Source: Candidatus Undinarchaeota archaeon
GTDB lineage: Archaea; SpSt-1190; JASMDC01
Assembly (NCBI GenBank): GCA_964519305.1
Contig: CAZFHY010000001.1
Span: forward strand, 218,132 to 282,131
Reading direction: 5' to 3'
DNA: 64,000 nucleotides
Shown: positions 34,106 through 43,411 of the stretch, in pieces
Layout: the number at the start of each line of letters is the position of its first letter
Position numbering within the stretch: the stretch's first letter is position 1
Notes under the pieces: generated by a model
Database searches by the model: none
Told to the model about the DNA's origin: nothing
What the model saw: the letters and a program-made list of their open reading frames with translations, nothing else
Translations under genes and position numbers: made by a program

Positions 34106-35173
34106 TCAGTAAGGCAGTAAGTGGACCGCCGTAGCCTTGAAAGAGGCCACTACCGACGCACCCTTTACGAGCCCAAGCTCCTCCACCGAGCGCGGGGTGA
34201 CCAGGGCCACCAGAGTGAATCCGCAGTCGAGCTCGACCTTCTGGACATGGCCCAAAGGCTCCACGGACGTGACGGTGGCGGGTAGCTGGTTCCGGGCCGA
34301 CGACTTAGGTTTGCGCTTGAGGAGGGTGACGTTCTCTGGTCGCAGGTACACGCGCACCTTGTCGTCCACAGTATGCCTGTCGGTACGCGATGCGGCCAGC
34401 TCCTTCTCGCCAACGCGGACGGTGAGCGTATGCTCGCCAACTTCCGTGATGGTACCCTCGAGACGGTTCTCCACACCTACGAAGCGCGCGACGGCCTCGG
34501 TAGTGGGGCGGGAGAACACCCCCTCCACCGTCCCGGTCTGTACCAGTCGACCTTCCATCATCACCGCTACCCGGTCGGCCAGCGATGCCGCTTCGGACCG
34601 GTCGTGGGTGACGTGCACCACGGTCACACCGGTATTGCGGTGGATGGAACGCAACAGCGCTCGCAGTTCATCACGAGTGGTCTGGTCAAGTGCCGACAAC
34701 GGTTCGTCCAGCAGTAGCACGCGTGGCTTCGCTGCCAGCGCCCGCGCCAGTGCCACACGCTGACGTTCCCCCCCAGAAAGGGTCATCGGCGAACGGTCGG
34801 CCAGGTCGGTCACACCCACGCGTGCCAAGAGCTCATGTACCGTCCGGCTAGCGTCCTCTCGGGCCAGCCCCTGTCCGAACCGAGCACCGAAGGCAACGTT
34901 CTCCAGGACCGTGAGGTGGGGGAAGAGAGCATAGTCCTGATAGACGAAGCCCACCCGGCGCCGCTCCGGCGGGAGTCTTCTGCCGTCCACACCGTCGATT
35001 ACGATCCTGCCCGCGTCGGGGGAGTGGAGCCCGGCCACCATCTCAAGCAGGAGCGTCTTCCCCGCAGCACTTGGTCCGAGCACCACCAGATACTCACCCT
35101 CGGCCACTTCCAGGTCTATGCTCTCGAGAGCGAATCCTTGCCAACGTTTGGTGACCTCACGGAGCTCGATCAT
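34106..35173 (-). CDS. wtpC: Tungstate/molybdate ABC transporter ATP-binding subunit with TOBE domain
   Basis: GPSAAGKT, LSGGERQRVALARAL, LLLDEP, C-terminal SSARNQL...FKATAVHL (TOBE/Mop). Confidence 0.9.
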   Translation of the reverse strand: MIELREVTKRWQGFALESIDLEVAEGEYLVVLGPSAAGKTLLLEMVAGLHSPDAGRIVIDGVDGRRLPPERRRVGFVYQDYALFPHLTVLENVAFGARFGQGLAREDASRTVHELLARVGVTDLADRSPMTLSGGERQRVALARALAAKPRVLLLDEPLSALDQTTRDELRALLRSIHRNTGVTVVHVTHDRSEAASLADRVAVMMEGRLVQTGTVEGVFSRPTTEAVARFVGVENRLEGTITEVGEHTLTVRVGEKELAASRTDRHTVDDKVRVYLRPENVTLLKRKPKSSARNQLPATVTSVEPLGHVQKVELDCGFTLVALVTPRSVEELGLVKGASVVASFKATAVHLLPY

Positions 35174-35993
35174 ATGTGAACAACCTCCTTGAGAGAACAC
35201 GCATTGTCAGGAACACGGTCAGACAGATCAGGATGAGTGTCACGGCCACCGGGCGGGAGGCCACAAGGCCGTGACCTATGTAGCGCTCGTAGATGAGCGT
35301 GGGTGCGATCATGGGGTAGTAAGCGATAATCACCACCGCGCCGAACTCCGACACACCTCGTGCCCAGGTCATCACCGCGCCCGAGAGCACGCTCCGTGCC
35401 GCCAAGGGTAGGGTGACCAAGGTCACGGCCTCCAGACGTGTGGCGCCGAGCGTGCGTGCCACGTTCTCGAGGCGCGGATCGACGGCAGCGATGCCCTCAC
35501 GAGCGGCGTTGACAAAGAACGGGAAGGATACGAAGAGCATGGCGGCGACAGCACCCGGGAGCGCGTCGACGAAAGTGATTATATCCGCCAGCGGGGCCCC
35601 GATGAGCCCATGGCGGCCCAGGACCGTTAGCAGAGCGATACCGGCCACGGTATGCGGGATGACCACGGGTACGTCGAGCACGCTCTCGACCAGTTCCTTG
35701 CCCGTGAACTCGTAGCGGGCCAGCAGGTAGGCGGCCGGGAGCCCGAAGGCCATGGCGATGACCGTGGCCACGGCCGCGCAGTACATGGTGAGCAGTATTG
35801 ACGACACCACGGCGTCCTCGACGGCTGTAGCCAACAGCCGTGGCCAGTCACCAGTAATCTGGCCCCATATCATGGTGGTCAATGGGAGCATTACGAGGAG
35901 CAGGGCCGCGGCCAGGCCGAGCCAGAGCACACCACCGAACGCCCGGTCAAGGCGCCCTCGCATGCTCTCATCGATCCCCGCCACTGTCTTCAC
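35157..35993 (-). CDS. wtpB: Tungstate/molybdate ABC transporter permease
   Basis: DVPVVIPHTVAGIALL, EAA loop ENVARTLGA, WARGVSEFGAV. Start is GTG 35993 or ATG 35963. Confidence 0.9.
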   Translation of the reverse strand: MKTVAGIDESMRGRLDRAFGGVLWLGLAAALLLVMLPLTTMIWGQITGDWPRLLATAVEDAVVSSILLTMYCAAVATVIAMAFGLPAAYLLARYEFTGKELVESVLDVPVVIPHTVAGIALLTVLGRHGLIGAPLADIITFVDALPGAVAAMLFVSFPFFVNAAREGIAAVDPRLENVARTLGATRLEAVTLVTLPLAARSVLSGAVMTWARGVSEFGAVVIIAYYPMIAPTLIYERYIGHGLVASRPVAVTLILICLTVFLTMRVLSRRLFTYDRAP

Positions 35994-35994
35994 C

Positions 35995-37071
35995 CTATTT
36001 TTTTTCTGCCCGGACCAGCGGCCGGAGCTCCGCGGGGAGCTTTCCCGGATCGCTGGCCAGCGGCGGCATGATAGGCGGCTGCCCCAGTTCGGAGAACACC
36101 TTCTGCCCTTCCTCGCCCAAGAGCAGCTCCAGGAAATCTGTGGCAAGCTCCTTGTGAGCTGACTTGTCCGGGATGGTGACACCGTACACGATGGGCTTGG
36201 CTGTCACGACCTTCCCGGTCGCCTGCTTCAGCGAGTATTGCTTGTAGAACTCACCGTGCTCAGCCGCCCCGAGATTGATCTCCCGGGGAAGCTCGATGAA
36301 TTCGAGATGGTGCTGTACAGCGACCGAACGATAGATGAAGAAGTAGTCGATGTCACCGCTTTCAAGCGCGGCTAGGAGTTCAGTCTCCATGCTGCGGATG
36401 AGCACCTTCTTGGTGTTTGGATCGAACGCTTCGCTCTCCGGCACGACGACCACGGCATCGTTCTCAACTACAAAGGCTACATTGGAGGCAATAAGGTCCT
36501 CGAATATCTTGTCGTCCATGTAATGTGCCTCGGCCAATAGGTTGATCATGGTCGCCCTGTAGCCGCAAGGATCGTCGTTTGGATTGGAGAATCCGAACTT
36601 CACGTCCGGCCTGCGCAGGACCTCGAACCAGTTGTCGGACGTTATCTCGTCGCGGTATTTGCTCTTCTCGTTGTAGGCGATCACCAGTTCGTTAGTGGCG
36701 AAGGCCGCGTACCAGCTGGCGTGGTCCGGGATCGTCATGCTCGGGATGAGACTGTAGTCGGCCGTGGCCAGCACGTCCGGAGTCTTGCCCAGCTCGGTCA
36801 TCTTGCGCACACACTTAACGGATCCCGAGGCCTCTCGCTGGACGTCAACGCCCGGGTGCGTCGCTTCGAAGGTCTTCTCCAGAGCCTCGAATGGTACGGC
36901 AAGGCTGCCTGCGTGGTATATGCTCAGTACGGTCGTTCCCCCCGTCCCGGAGGGCGCGTCACTGGTCTCCGTACCCGGGGCATCCCCGGTACCGTTACCG
37001 GTGCATCCGACAAGGAGCACAACGGTCAGTAGGGCCACGAGGACTTCGGCATCTCGCGTTCTCATGTCCAT
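35995..37071 (-). CDS. wtpA: Tungstate/molybdate-binding lipoprotein
   Basis: Lipobox LLVGC, YHAGSL, FSNPNDDPCGYRA, YFFIYRSVAVQH, KPIVYGVTIP. Confidence 0.92.
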   Translation of the reverse strand: MDMRTRDAEVLVALLTVVLLVGCTGNGTGDAPGTETSDAPSGTGGTTVLSIYHAGSLAVPFEALEKTFEATHPGVDVQREASGSVKCVRKMTELGKTPDVLATADYSLIPSMTIPDHASWYAAFATNELVIAYNEKSKYRDEITSDNWFEVLRRPDVKFGFSNPNDDPCGYRATMINLLAEAHYMDDKIFEDLIASNVAFVVENDAVVVVPESEAFDPNTKKVLIRSMETELLAALESGDIDYFFIYRSVAVQHHLEFIELPREINLGAAEHGEFYKQYSLKQATGKVVTAKPIVYGVTIPDKSAHKELATDFLELLLGEEGQKVFSELGQPPIMPPLASDPGKLPAELRPLVRAEKK

Positions 37072-37149
37072 CTCACTAGACCCGGAGGCCGGGATGGCGG
37101 GAAAGGGTTAAGAAGTTGTGCCGGCAGGTCGCGCCCGAGGGACGTTACC

Positions 37150-38400
37150 GTGATACCCGTGGAGGACGCGCTCGCAGAGATCCTGGCCTACGTCAAAGCA
37201 CTGGAGCCGGTGGAGGTGCCCATCATCGAGGCACTTGGCCAGGTCGTGGCCGCCGATGTCGTGGCCGACACCGATATCCCTCCATTCGACAACTCGGCCA
37301 TGGACGGATACGCGGTTCGCGCCGCTGATACCAAGAATGCGCCCGTCACGCTCAAGGTCGCAGGTTCCGTAGCGGCAGGATACGTCCATGCCGACAACGT
37401 GGCTGCTGGTACAGCCGTGCGCATCATGACCGGTGCACCCCTTCCCCCTGGCGCCGATGCCGTCGTCAAGTATGAGGACACGTCAGACTTCGACCGGTCT
37501 AAGAAGGACCGACTGGCGTCACCAGCGGACGTCATCGAGATCAGGGCCGTTGTCGTCCCCCGGGATAACGTACGTCCCCACGGCGAGGACGTACATACCG
37601 GCGAGGTCGTGCTGGAGCGGGGTCGGCTGGTCCGTCCCGCCGAGGTGGGCGTTCTTGCTTCTTTGGGGAGAGCCATGGTCACGGTCCATCGACGGCCGCG
37701 CGTGGCCATTCTGGCCACCGGCGACGAACTGGTCGACGTGGACGAGCCTCTCGGACCGGGCAAGATCCGCAACTCCAACGAGCACTCAATGGCAGCGCTC
37801 GTGACCCGGACCGGCGGCGTGCCGCTTTCACTGGGTATCGCTCGCGACACCACGGACGACCTCACCGCCAAGCTCCGTGCCGCACTGGACAATGGAGCCG
37901 ACCTGGTGCTCACGTCGGGCGGCGTGTCTGTAGGCGATTACGACGTTGTCAAGGACGTGCTGGACACCGAGGGCCGGATGCGTTTCTGGCAGGTGAACAT
38001 GAAGCCGGGCAAGCCGCTAGCGTTCGGCCTGCTGGCCGGTGACGTGCCCCTTGTGGGCCTCCCGGGAAATCCGGTCTCTACAATGGTGAGCTTCGAGCAG
38101 TTCGTCCGCCCCGCCATCCTTAGCATGCTCGGTCGAACAGAACTCACGAAGCCTACGGTCAGGGCGGTGCTGGACGAGGCGGTCACCAACAGCGGTCGAC
38201 GAGGGTACGTCCGGGTGGTCGTGGAGCGGCGCGACGGGCGGTTCCACGCCCGTACGACCGGTGAGCAGGGCTCCGGTGTACTGACGTCCATGTCCCGTGC
38301 CAACGGCCTGGCCGTAGTTCCCGAGGGGACCGAGCGGGTCGAGTCCGGGGCCGAGCTCACCGTGCAGATGCTCGACTGGCCCGAAGGCGCTGGGCTGTGA
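37150..38400 (+). CDS. moeA: Molybdopterin molybdenumtransferase
   Basis: PPFDNSAMDGYAV, IMTGAPLP, TGDEL, SGGVSVGDYD, MKPGKP, LPGNPVS. Confidence 0.95.
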   Translation: MIPVEDALAEILAYVKALEPVEVPIIEALGQVVAADVVADTDIPPFDNSAMDGYAVRAADTKNAPVTLKVAGSVAAGYVHADNVAAGTAVRIMTGAPLPPGADAVVKYEDTSDFDRSKKDRLASPADVIEIRAVVVPRDNVRPHGEDVHTGEVVLERGRLVRPAEVGVLASLGRAMVTVHRRPRVAILATGDELVDVDEPLGPGKIRNSNEHSMAALVTRTGGVPLSLGIARDTTDDLTAKLRAALDNGADLVLTSGGVSVGDYDVVKDVLDTEGRMRFWQVNMKPGKPLAFGLLAGDVPLVGLPGNPVSTMVSFEQFVRPAILSMLGRTELTKPTVRAVLDEAVTNSGRRGYVRVVVERRDGRFHARTTGEQGSGVLTSMSRANGLAVVPEGTERVESGAELTVQMLDWPEGAGL

Positions 38401-38458
38401 GCGACCGCCGGCCCAGGATGGCAAACCTTTATTATATTGCACCGGGGTGCGAGGGGCG

Positions 38459-39247
38459 ATGAGGATCGGGCTTTTCGTGAAGCGCAGCGACCAAGCACGC
38501 TCTATCGCCCGCACCATCCACGACCATATGCGCAAGAAGGGGCTTGATGTCATTCTCAACGATGAGACCGCCAAGCAGCTGGATATGGAGCCTTACCCGG
38601 GTGTTCCCGAGATGGTCGTCGTAGTCGGGGGCGATGGTACTCTTCTATACGCTGAGAAGAACCATCCTGGTGTGCCGCTCGTATGCATCCGTGTCGGAAG
38701 CCTCAACTTCCTCTCGGACATCGAGATCGAGGACATGCTCCCGTCGTTGGACGCCATCCTCGAGGGTGACTTCGAGACCGAGGACAGGCTCAAGATCAGC
38801 ATATCCGGTCTCGACCTGCCTGATGCGTTGAACGAGGTCGTGCTCATGACGGTCAAGCCCGCTCATCTTATCGAGTACGAGGTGTACACCGGCAATAAGC
38901 TGATCGAGAAGGTGCGGGCCGACGGCCTCATCGTGGCCACGCCCACGGGATCAACGGCCTATGCCCTTGCATGCGGGGGCCCGGTGGTCGACTGGCGCGT
39001 GGACGCTTTTGTAGTGGTCCCCGTCAGCCCCTTCAAGCTCAGTGCCCGGCCCACGGTGGTATCCACCAAGGACCGGCTGCGTATCGTTCTCGGTAGCAAG
39101 CCCGCCACCGTTGTCGTGGACGGGCAGGAGACCGCGCTCCTACCTGCTAATAGCGAGCTCGTGCTGGAGGCATCGAACCAGCGAGCGCGGCTCATCCGGT
39201 TGGTGCGCATTAACTACTTCGAGCGCGCCCGGACCGACGTGGGATAG
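38459..39247 (+). CDS. nadK: NAD(+) kinase
   Basis: GGDGTLL, LNEVV, ADGLIVATPTGSTAYALACGGP. Confidence 0.95.
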   Translation: MRIGLFVKRSDQARSIARTIHDHMRKKGLDVILNDETAKQLDMEPYPGVPEMVVVVGGDGTLLYAEKNHPGVPLVCIRVGSLNFLSDIEIEDMLPSLDAILEGDFETEDRLKISISGLDLPDALNEVVLMTVKPAHLIEYEVYTGNKLIEKVRADGLIVATPTGSTAYALACGGPVVDWRVDAFVVVPVSPFKLSARPTVVSTKDRLRIVLGSKPATVVVDGQETALLPANSELVLEASNQRARLIRLVRINYFERARTDVG

Positions 39248-39250
39248 ACC

Positions 39251-39628
39251 ATGGATGTCCTCAACCTCACGCGGGACACGTCTCTCGGGAACAGCATCCG
39301 CCATGCGACGAGCCTCTGGCAGAACATCCGCGGGCTCATGCTCACATCGCCCTTGGACGAGGGAGAAGGCCTCATCATCGACATGGGTGGTGAGACCCGA
39401 CTGGGCATCTGGATGCCGCTGATGCGGTACGCGCTGGACGTGGTGTACGCCGACGAGCGGTTCACGGTCACAGGCCTGGCCCGCGACATCCCACCCATGG
39501 GCTTGAACCCCCGCACCTGGCGCGTATACTATCCGCAAAAGCTGTCGCGATACGCCGTGGAGGTCCCCGTGGGGACCATCGAGCGCACGGGGACCGAGCT
39601 GGGGGACACGCTGGCGTTCGAGCAGTGA
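39251..39628 (+). CDS. DUF192-family protein
   Basis: RGLM...GEGLII...IWMPLMRYALDVVY...YAVEVPVG...GD pattern. Confidence 0.8.
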   Translation: MDVLNLTRDTSLGNSIRHATSLWQNIRGLMLTSPLDEGEGLIIDMGGETRLGIWMPLMRYALDVVYADERFTVTGLARDIPPMGLNPRTWRVYYPQKLSRYAVEVPVGTIERTGTELGDTLAFEQ

Positions 39629-39682
39629 TCCGTCGGCCGGTCGGGCTCAGGTTTAAATCGATTGAGCGCAAGGTTGACCTGG

Positions 39683-40423
39683 ATGGGCTCTGCCGGACGT
39701 ACCCAGCGACACATGCACGCCAGGTCCAAGTGCCGCCGTGCCTTTCGCGGTCTGGCCACTGGCGAGCTGTACGATCTGGTGCGCGGTTTCGACCGACAAG
39801 CTCGGTTCGATCCGGCGTCAATGTACACCGGACTGGTACGCTGCCTGCACCCTCTGGCCGGGCACCGGCTCCTGCGGGCCCGTACGTTCCCCGAGGAACG
39901 TCTGCGGTACGACGACGTGACCACTGCCGAGACGTTGGCCTCCAGCGACGTGCTGCTTGAACGGCTTGTGGACTTCGCTGGACGTCAGGAGGGTGGCGGA
40001 CTTCCCTCGCTGGACGGGATCGACTGGCCCGTTCTGCCCGCTGAACCGCACCTGCCCGAACTCGTCGAGGCCACCGATCCGGAATTGCCGCCGAGAGCTT
40101 TCCTCGAGGCGTTCGACCTTGCGCTCAAAGGTCTCTTCGTGAGCCATGCCACTCTCATAGAGCACGACGACGCGTGGTACGCTGACTACGCCCAACGCCT
40201 CTCCGACACAGCTTTCCTGGTGCTCACCCAATCCGATGAGGAGCTTGAGCGAGGGTTGAACGAGTTCTTCACACTGCTGTTCCTGGTCTATCCTTTCACC
40301 TGGCTCGGCGATCGCATCATTACGTGCGGTCCCCCCAGCGGGAAGGCCTACTTCGCGGACAGGTTCGTACAAGGCAATGAGAGGAACCCTTGTGCTCTCA
40401 GTCCTTCTTCACAGCGTAATTGA
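39683..40423 (+). CDS. Hypothetical protein
   Basis: ORF filling the gap between genes. TTTAAAT at 39652 suggests a leaderless start at ATG 39683 (ATG 39713 is an alternative). Confidence 0.55.
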   Translation: MGSAGRTQRHMHARSKCRRAFRGLATGELYDLVRGFDRQARFDPASMYTGLVRCLHPLAGHRLLRARTFPEERLRYDDVTTAETLASSDVLLERLVDFAGRQEGGGLPSLDGIDWPVLPAEPHLPELVEATDPELPPRAFLEAFDLALKGLFVSHATLIEHDDAWYADYAQRLSDTAFLVLTQSDEELERGLNEFFTLLFLVYPFTWLGDRIITCGPPSGKAYFADRFVQGNERNPCALSPSSQRN

Positions 40424-42281
40424 AGACGCCCCCGGCCTGATAGATGTCCATCTGCACCGAGAACATCGGCTGACCCTTAACGGACTTCCCCGACGCGGTG
40501 TTGGTAATTGTTCCTGTAGCTAGGTCCACCTCCAGCCCGTCGCCTTCCTTGAGGAAATCGACCGTGAGCTCGGGAGCGATGACCACAGGAATGCCGTTGT
40601 TGATGGCGTTGCGCAGCCATATCGCACCGAACGACTGTCCTACGATGCACTGGACGCCCAAGGATACGAAGCAGTCGAGCGCCTGTGCTCGGGACGAGCC
40701 CGAACCGAAGTTCCTGCCCACGACGAGGATATCATCCTTCTTGGCCCGCTCGGAGTAGTCCTTGTACCCGTCGAGGTTGTCCAGGGCGTACTGGCCCATC
40801 TGCGCCACTTCGGTAATGTGGAGGTACCGGTTGTGGAAGATCATGTCGGTGTCTATGTCGTCGATGAACACGTCACTGGACACCAGCGGGAAGCCTCGGC
40901 CCTTGAGAGTGGTCGGTTTGTCGCCCTTTGCACCGGCCACACCCTCCTTCACCTCGGTAGAACGGGGAACCGTCGGTGCGGGCGTCTTCCGTGTGGTCCA
41001 GCCATGCTTCCCGTCCGGGATGATACCGTCCAAGGCCACTGCCGGTGGAACGGTGAGCTTGCCAGCGAGCGCCGTGGCCGCCACGGTGGCCGGGCTGGAT
41101 AGGTACGTGTCACCCTTCCCCTGCTTTCCTGGGAAGTTGCGGTTCGACGTCGACACCTGCACCTCGCCGACCCCTATGATGCCCGCCTGACCAGCAGCGC
41201 ACCCACCGCACCCGGGATTATGGACCAGAGCACCCGCGTCACGGAACAACCTGATGAGCCCCTCGTCCAGCATCCGGTCATACACCTCTGCTGTGGCCGG
41301 TACGATCTTGAGCACGAACCCGTCGGCTAGCTCCTTCCCGCGCAGGATCTCGGCCGCGGCGGCCATGTCCTCGAACCGTCCGTTCGTGCATGAGCCGATG
41401 AGCCCCGAGTCCACGTGAGCACCAGCGACCGCGACCACGTCCACTACATCGGCAGGTGAGCCCGGTCTCGCTATCTGGGGTGCAAGCCCGTCCACGTCAA
41501 TCTCGATGGTCTCCACGTAGGCGGCGTCGGGGTCCGGTACGACCACGACAGGCTCGGCCGCCGAGCGACGGCGACTGAAGTTGACGACCTCTTCATTGGG
41601 GATGAGGAATGCCGAGATGGCCCCCATCTCGGTGGCCATGCTTGCGAGGGTTATGCGGCCGGCGAGCGACAGCTGGTCGATGGCGGGACCGGAGAACTCC
41701 ACAGCGCGACCCAGGGCTCCTTTGGAGCCCAGACGCTTGATGACGGCAAGGGTGATGTCCTTGGCGGACGCTGCAGGACCGGGTATACCTTTCAGGACGA
41801 CGTGCATGGTCTCTGGGACGGTGAACCATGTGCGGCCTGCGCACCACACGAACGCCACGTCAGCGTCCCCCATCCCCTGACCGAGTGCGCCCACGGAGCC
41901 CATTATATTGAGGTGCGAATCAGTGCCCACCACGATGGCGCCGGGGACCACCAGTCCCTCCTCGAGCATCACATGGCTGCCTACACCGGTGTTGACGTCG
42001 TACACCTTGATATCGTTCTCGCGGGAGAACAGGCGACAGGTCTGCTGGTTGTCCGCGTACCCGGCCGACGTGGCCGGAGCATTGCAGTCGAACGTGAAGA
42101 ATGTGCGCTCTCTATCATCAACGGGCGTATCGGCGCAGTTGGCCTGGAGGTTCTTGACGACGTTGGCGCCCCCGAAGTCCCGGGCGCTGCGCACGTCGAT
42201 ATCCATCCACACGACGTCCCCCGACGTGACGGGGTGGCCGGCGTGGGCGGCGATGATCTTCTCGATGATGGTGGAGCCCAT
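40398..42281 (-). CDS. Aconitase-family hydro-lyase with fused large and small subunits (3-isopropylmalate dehydratase / homoaconitase type)
   Basis: GTDSH, GSCTNGR, GCGGCAAG, STSNRNFPGKQG (large subunit); linker; DDIDTD and NFGSGSSR (swivel/small subunit). Confidence 0.9.
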   Translation of the reverse strand: MGSTIIEKIIAAHAGHPVTSGDVVWMDIDVRSARDFGGANVVKNLQANCADTPVDDRERTFFTFDCNAPATSAGYADNQQTCRLFSRENDIKVYDVNTGVGSHVMLEEGLVVPGAIVVGTDSHLNIMGSVGALGQGMGDADVAFVWCAGRTWFTVPETMHVVLKGIPGPAASAKDITLAVIKRLGSKGALGRAVEFSGPAIDQLSLAGRITLASMATEMGAISAFLIPNEEVVNFSRRRSAAEPVVVVPDPDAAYVETIEIDVDGLAPQIARPGSPADVVDVVAVAGAHVDSGLIGSCTNGRFEDMAAAAEILRGKELADGFVLKIVPATAEVYDRMLDEGLIRLFRDAGALVHNPGCGGCAAGQAGIIGVGEVQVSTSNRNFPGKQGKGDTYLSSPATVAATALAGKLTVPPAVALDGIIPDGKHGWTTRKTPAPTVPRSTEVKEGVAGAKGDKPTTLKGRGFPLVSSDVFIDDIDTDMIFHNRYLHITEVAQMGQYALDNLDGYKDYSERAKKDDILVVGRNFGSGSSRAQALDCFVSLGVQCIVGQSFGAIWLRNAINNGIPVVIAPELTVDFLKEGDGLEVDLATGTITNTASGKSVKGQPMFSVQMDIYQAGGVFNYAVKKD

Positions 42282-42303
42282 GGCCGGCAGAGGCCGGTGA
42301 GGA

Positions 42304-42310
42304 TTTAAAA
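42304..42310. promoter_or_regulatory. Shared bidirectional TATA box
   Basis: Palindromic TTTAAA, 23-26 nt from both divergent start codons (42281 and 42335), in a 53-nt intergenic gap. Confidence 0.6.
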
Positions 42311-42334
42311 CTCTTGCCGGGAGGTGTGCATCGT

Positions 42335-43408
42335 ATGAGCACACAGTTACGCATCGTCCGACTCGGCGAAGTGAGCGCCCTGCGCTCCCAGGCAGTATAC
42401 CATGCAGTGGCCGAGATGGCCCGAGAGGGTGATGCGCCGACGCTGCTGGTGCTCTCGCCCTCGGAGCCCTACGTGTGCGTGGGCTGGCACCAGGACGTTG
42501 AGGTCGAGGTGGACCTCGAGACCTGCCGCCAGGCCGGGTACCCGGTGTACCGTCGCCAGGTTGGCGGCGGGGCCGTGTTCCTGGACGGGGGACAGGCGTT
42601 CTTCCAGCTGGTATATCCGCCAGGGACCGTATCCGGACGGGTTGATACGCTCTATCGCCCGGTGCTCGAAGCGGCAGCGGCCGTGTACAAGGGGTATGGC
42701 GTCGACGCGTCCTTCCGGCCGGTGAACGACCTTATCGCCGGTGCACGGAAGATATGCGGTGCGGGCGCGGCCCGTGTCGGCGACGCCCAGGTAGTCGTCG
42801 GGAACATTATTAGGAGCTTCGACCACGACGCCATGGCATCCGTGCTCCGTGTGCCTGACGAGAAGTTCCGGGACAAGCTGGTCACCACCATGCGCGCGTA
42901 CGTATCGTCGCTGGAGGGTGAGACTGGTATAAAGCCACCACGGGAGGATGTCGAGGCGGCCATCGCCCAGGTATTCCCCCGGGAGCTGGGGATGGAGGCC
43001 GTCGACGGTGAGCTCACCGAGCGCGAACTGTCAGCGGTAGAAACGTGGGAGGAACGCATCCAGAGCCAAGAGTGGACCTTCCAAGGAGGGTTCACGCCCG
43101 AACACAGGCGTGTGCGCATCGCCACGGACGTGCATGTCGTTGAAGCCCGTCATAAAGCACCCGGCGGTCTGCTGCGAGCAGCCATGGTGCTGGAGAATGA
43201 TCTGATCAGCTCGGTCGCGCTGTCCGGGGACGTGTTCGTGACGCCTAGCGATGCTCTTACGCAGCTGGAGACATCGCTGGCGGACCAAACCCTGAACGAG
43301 GATGCCATCAGGAAGGTGGCGGACTTGTGGCTGGCCGGTGTTAACGCTCCAGGTGTCACTCGTGACGACGTCGTCACACTGGTGATGGGAGCGAAAGGCA
43401 GAGAGTGA
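42335..43408 (+). CDS. Lipoate-protein ligase A family protein (catalytic plus C-terminal accessory domain)
   Basis: RRQVGGGAVFLD, PVNDL...RKICGAGA, C-terminal HKAPGGLLR...LSGDVF. Confidence 0.88.
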   Translation: MSTQLRIVRLGEVSALRSQAVYHAVAEMAREGDAPTLLVLSPSEPYVCVGWHQDVEVEVDLETCRQAGYPVYRRQVGGGAVFLDGGQAFFQLVYPPGTVSGRVDTLYRPVLEAAAAVYKGYGVDASFRPVNDLIAGARKICGAGAARVGDAQVVVGNIIRSFDHDAMASVLRVPDEKFRDKLVTTMRAYVSSLEGETGIKPPREDVEAAIAQVFPRELGMEAVDGELTERELSAVETWEERIQSQEWTFQGGFTPEHRRVRIATDVHVVEARHKAPGGLLRAAMVLENDLISSVALSGDVFVTPSDALTQLETSLADQTLNEDAIRKVADLWLAGVNAPGVTRDDVVTLVMGAKGRE

Positions 43409-43411
43409 AGC

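Noticed and set aside
35994-36182. Long N-terminal extension of wtpB given in the ORF track
   Set aside because: It overlaps the wtpA coding region; the permease homology starts near 35993-35963.
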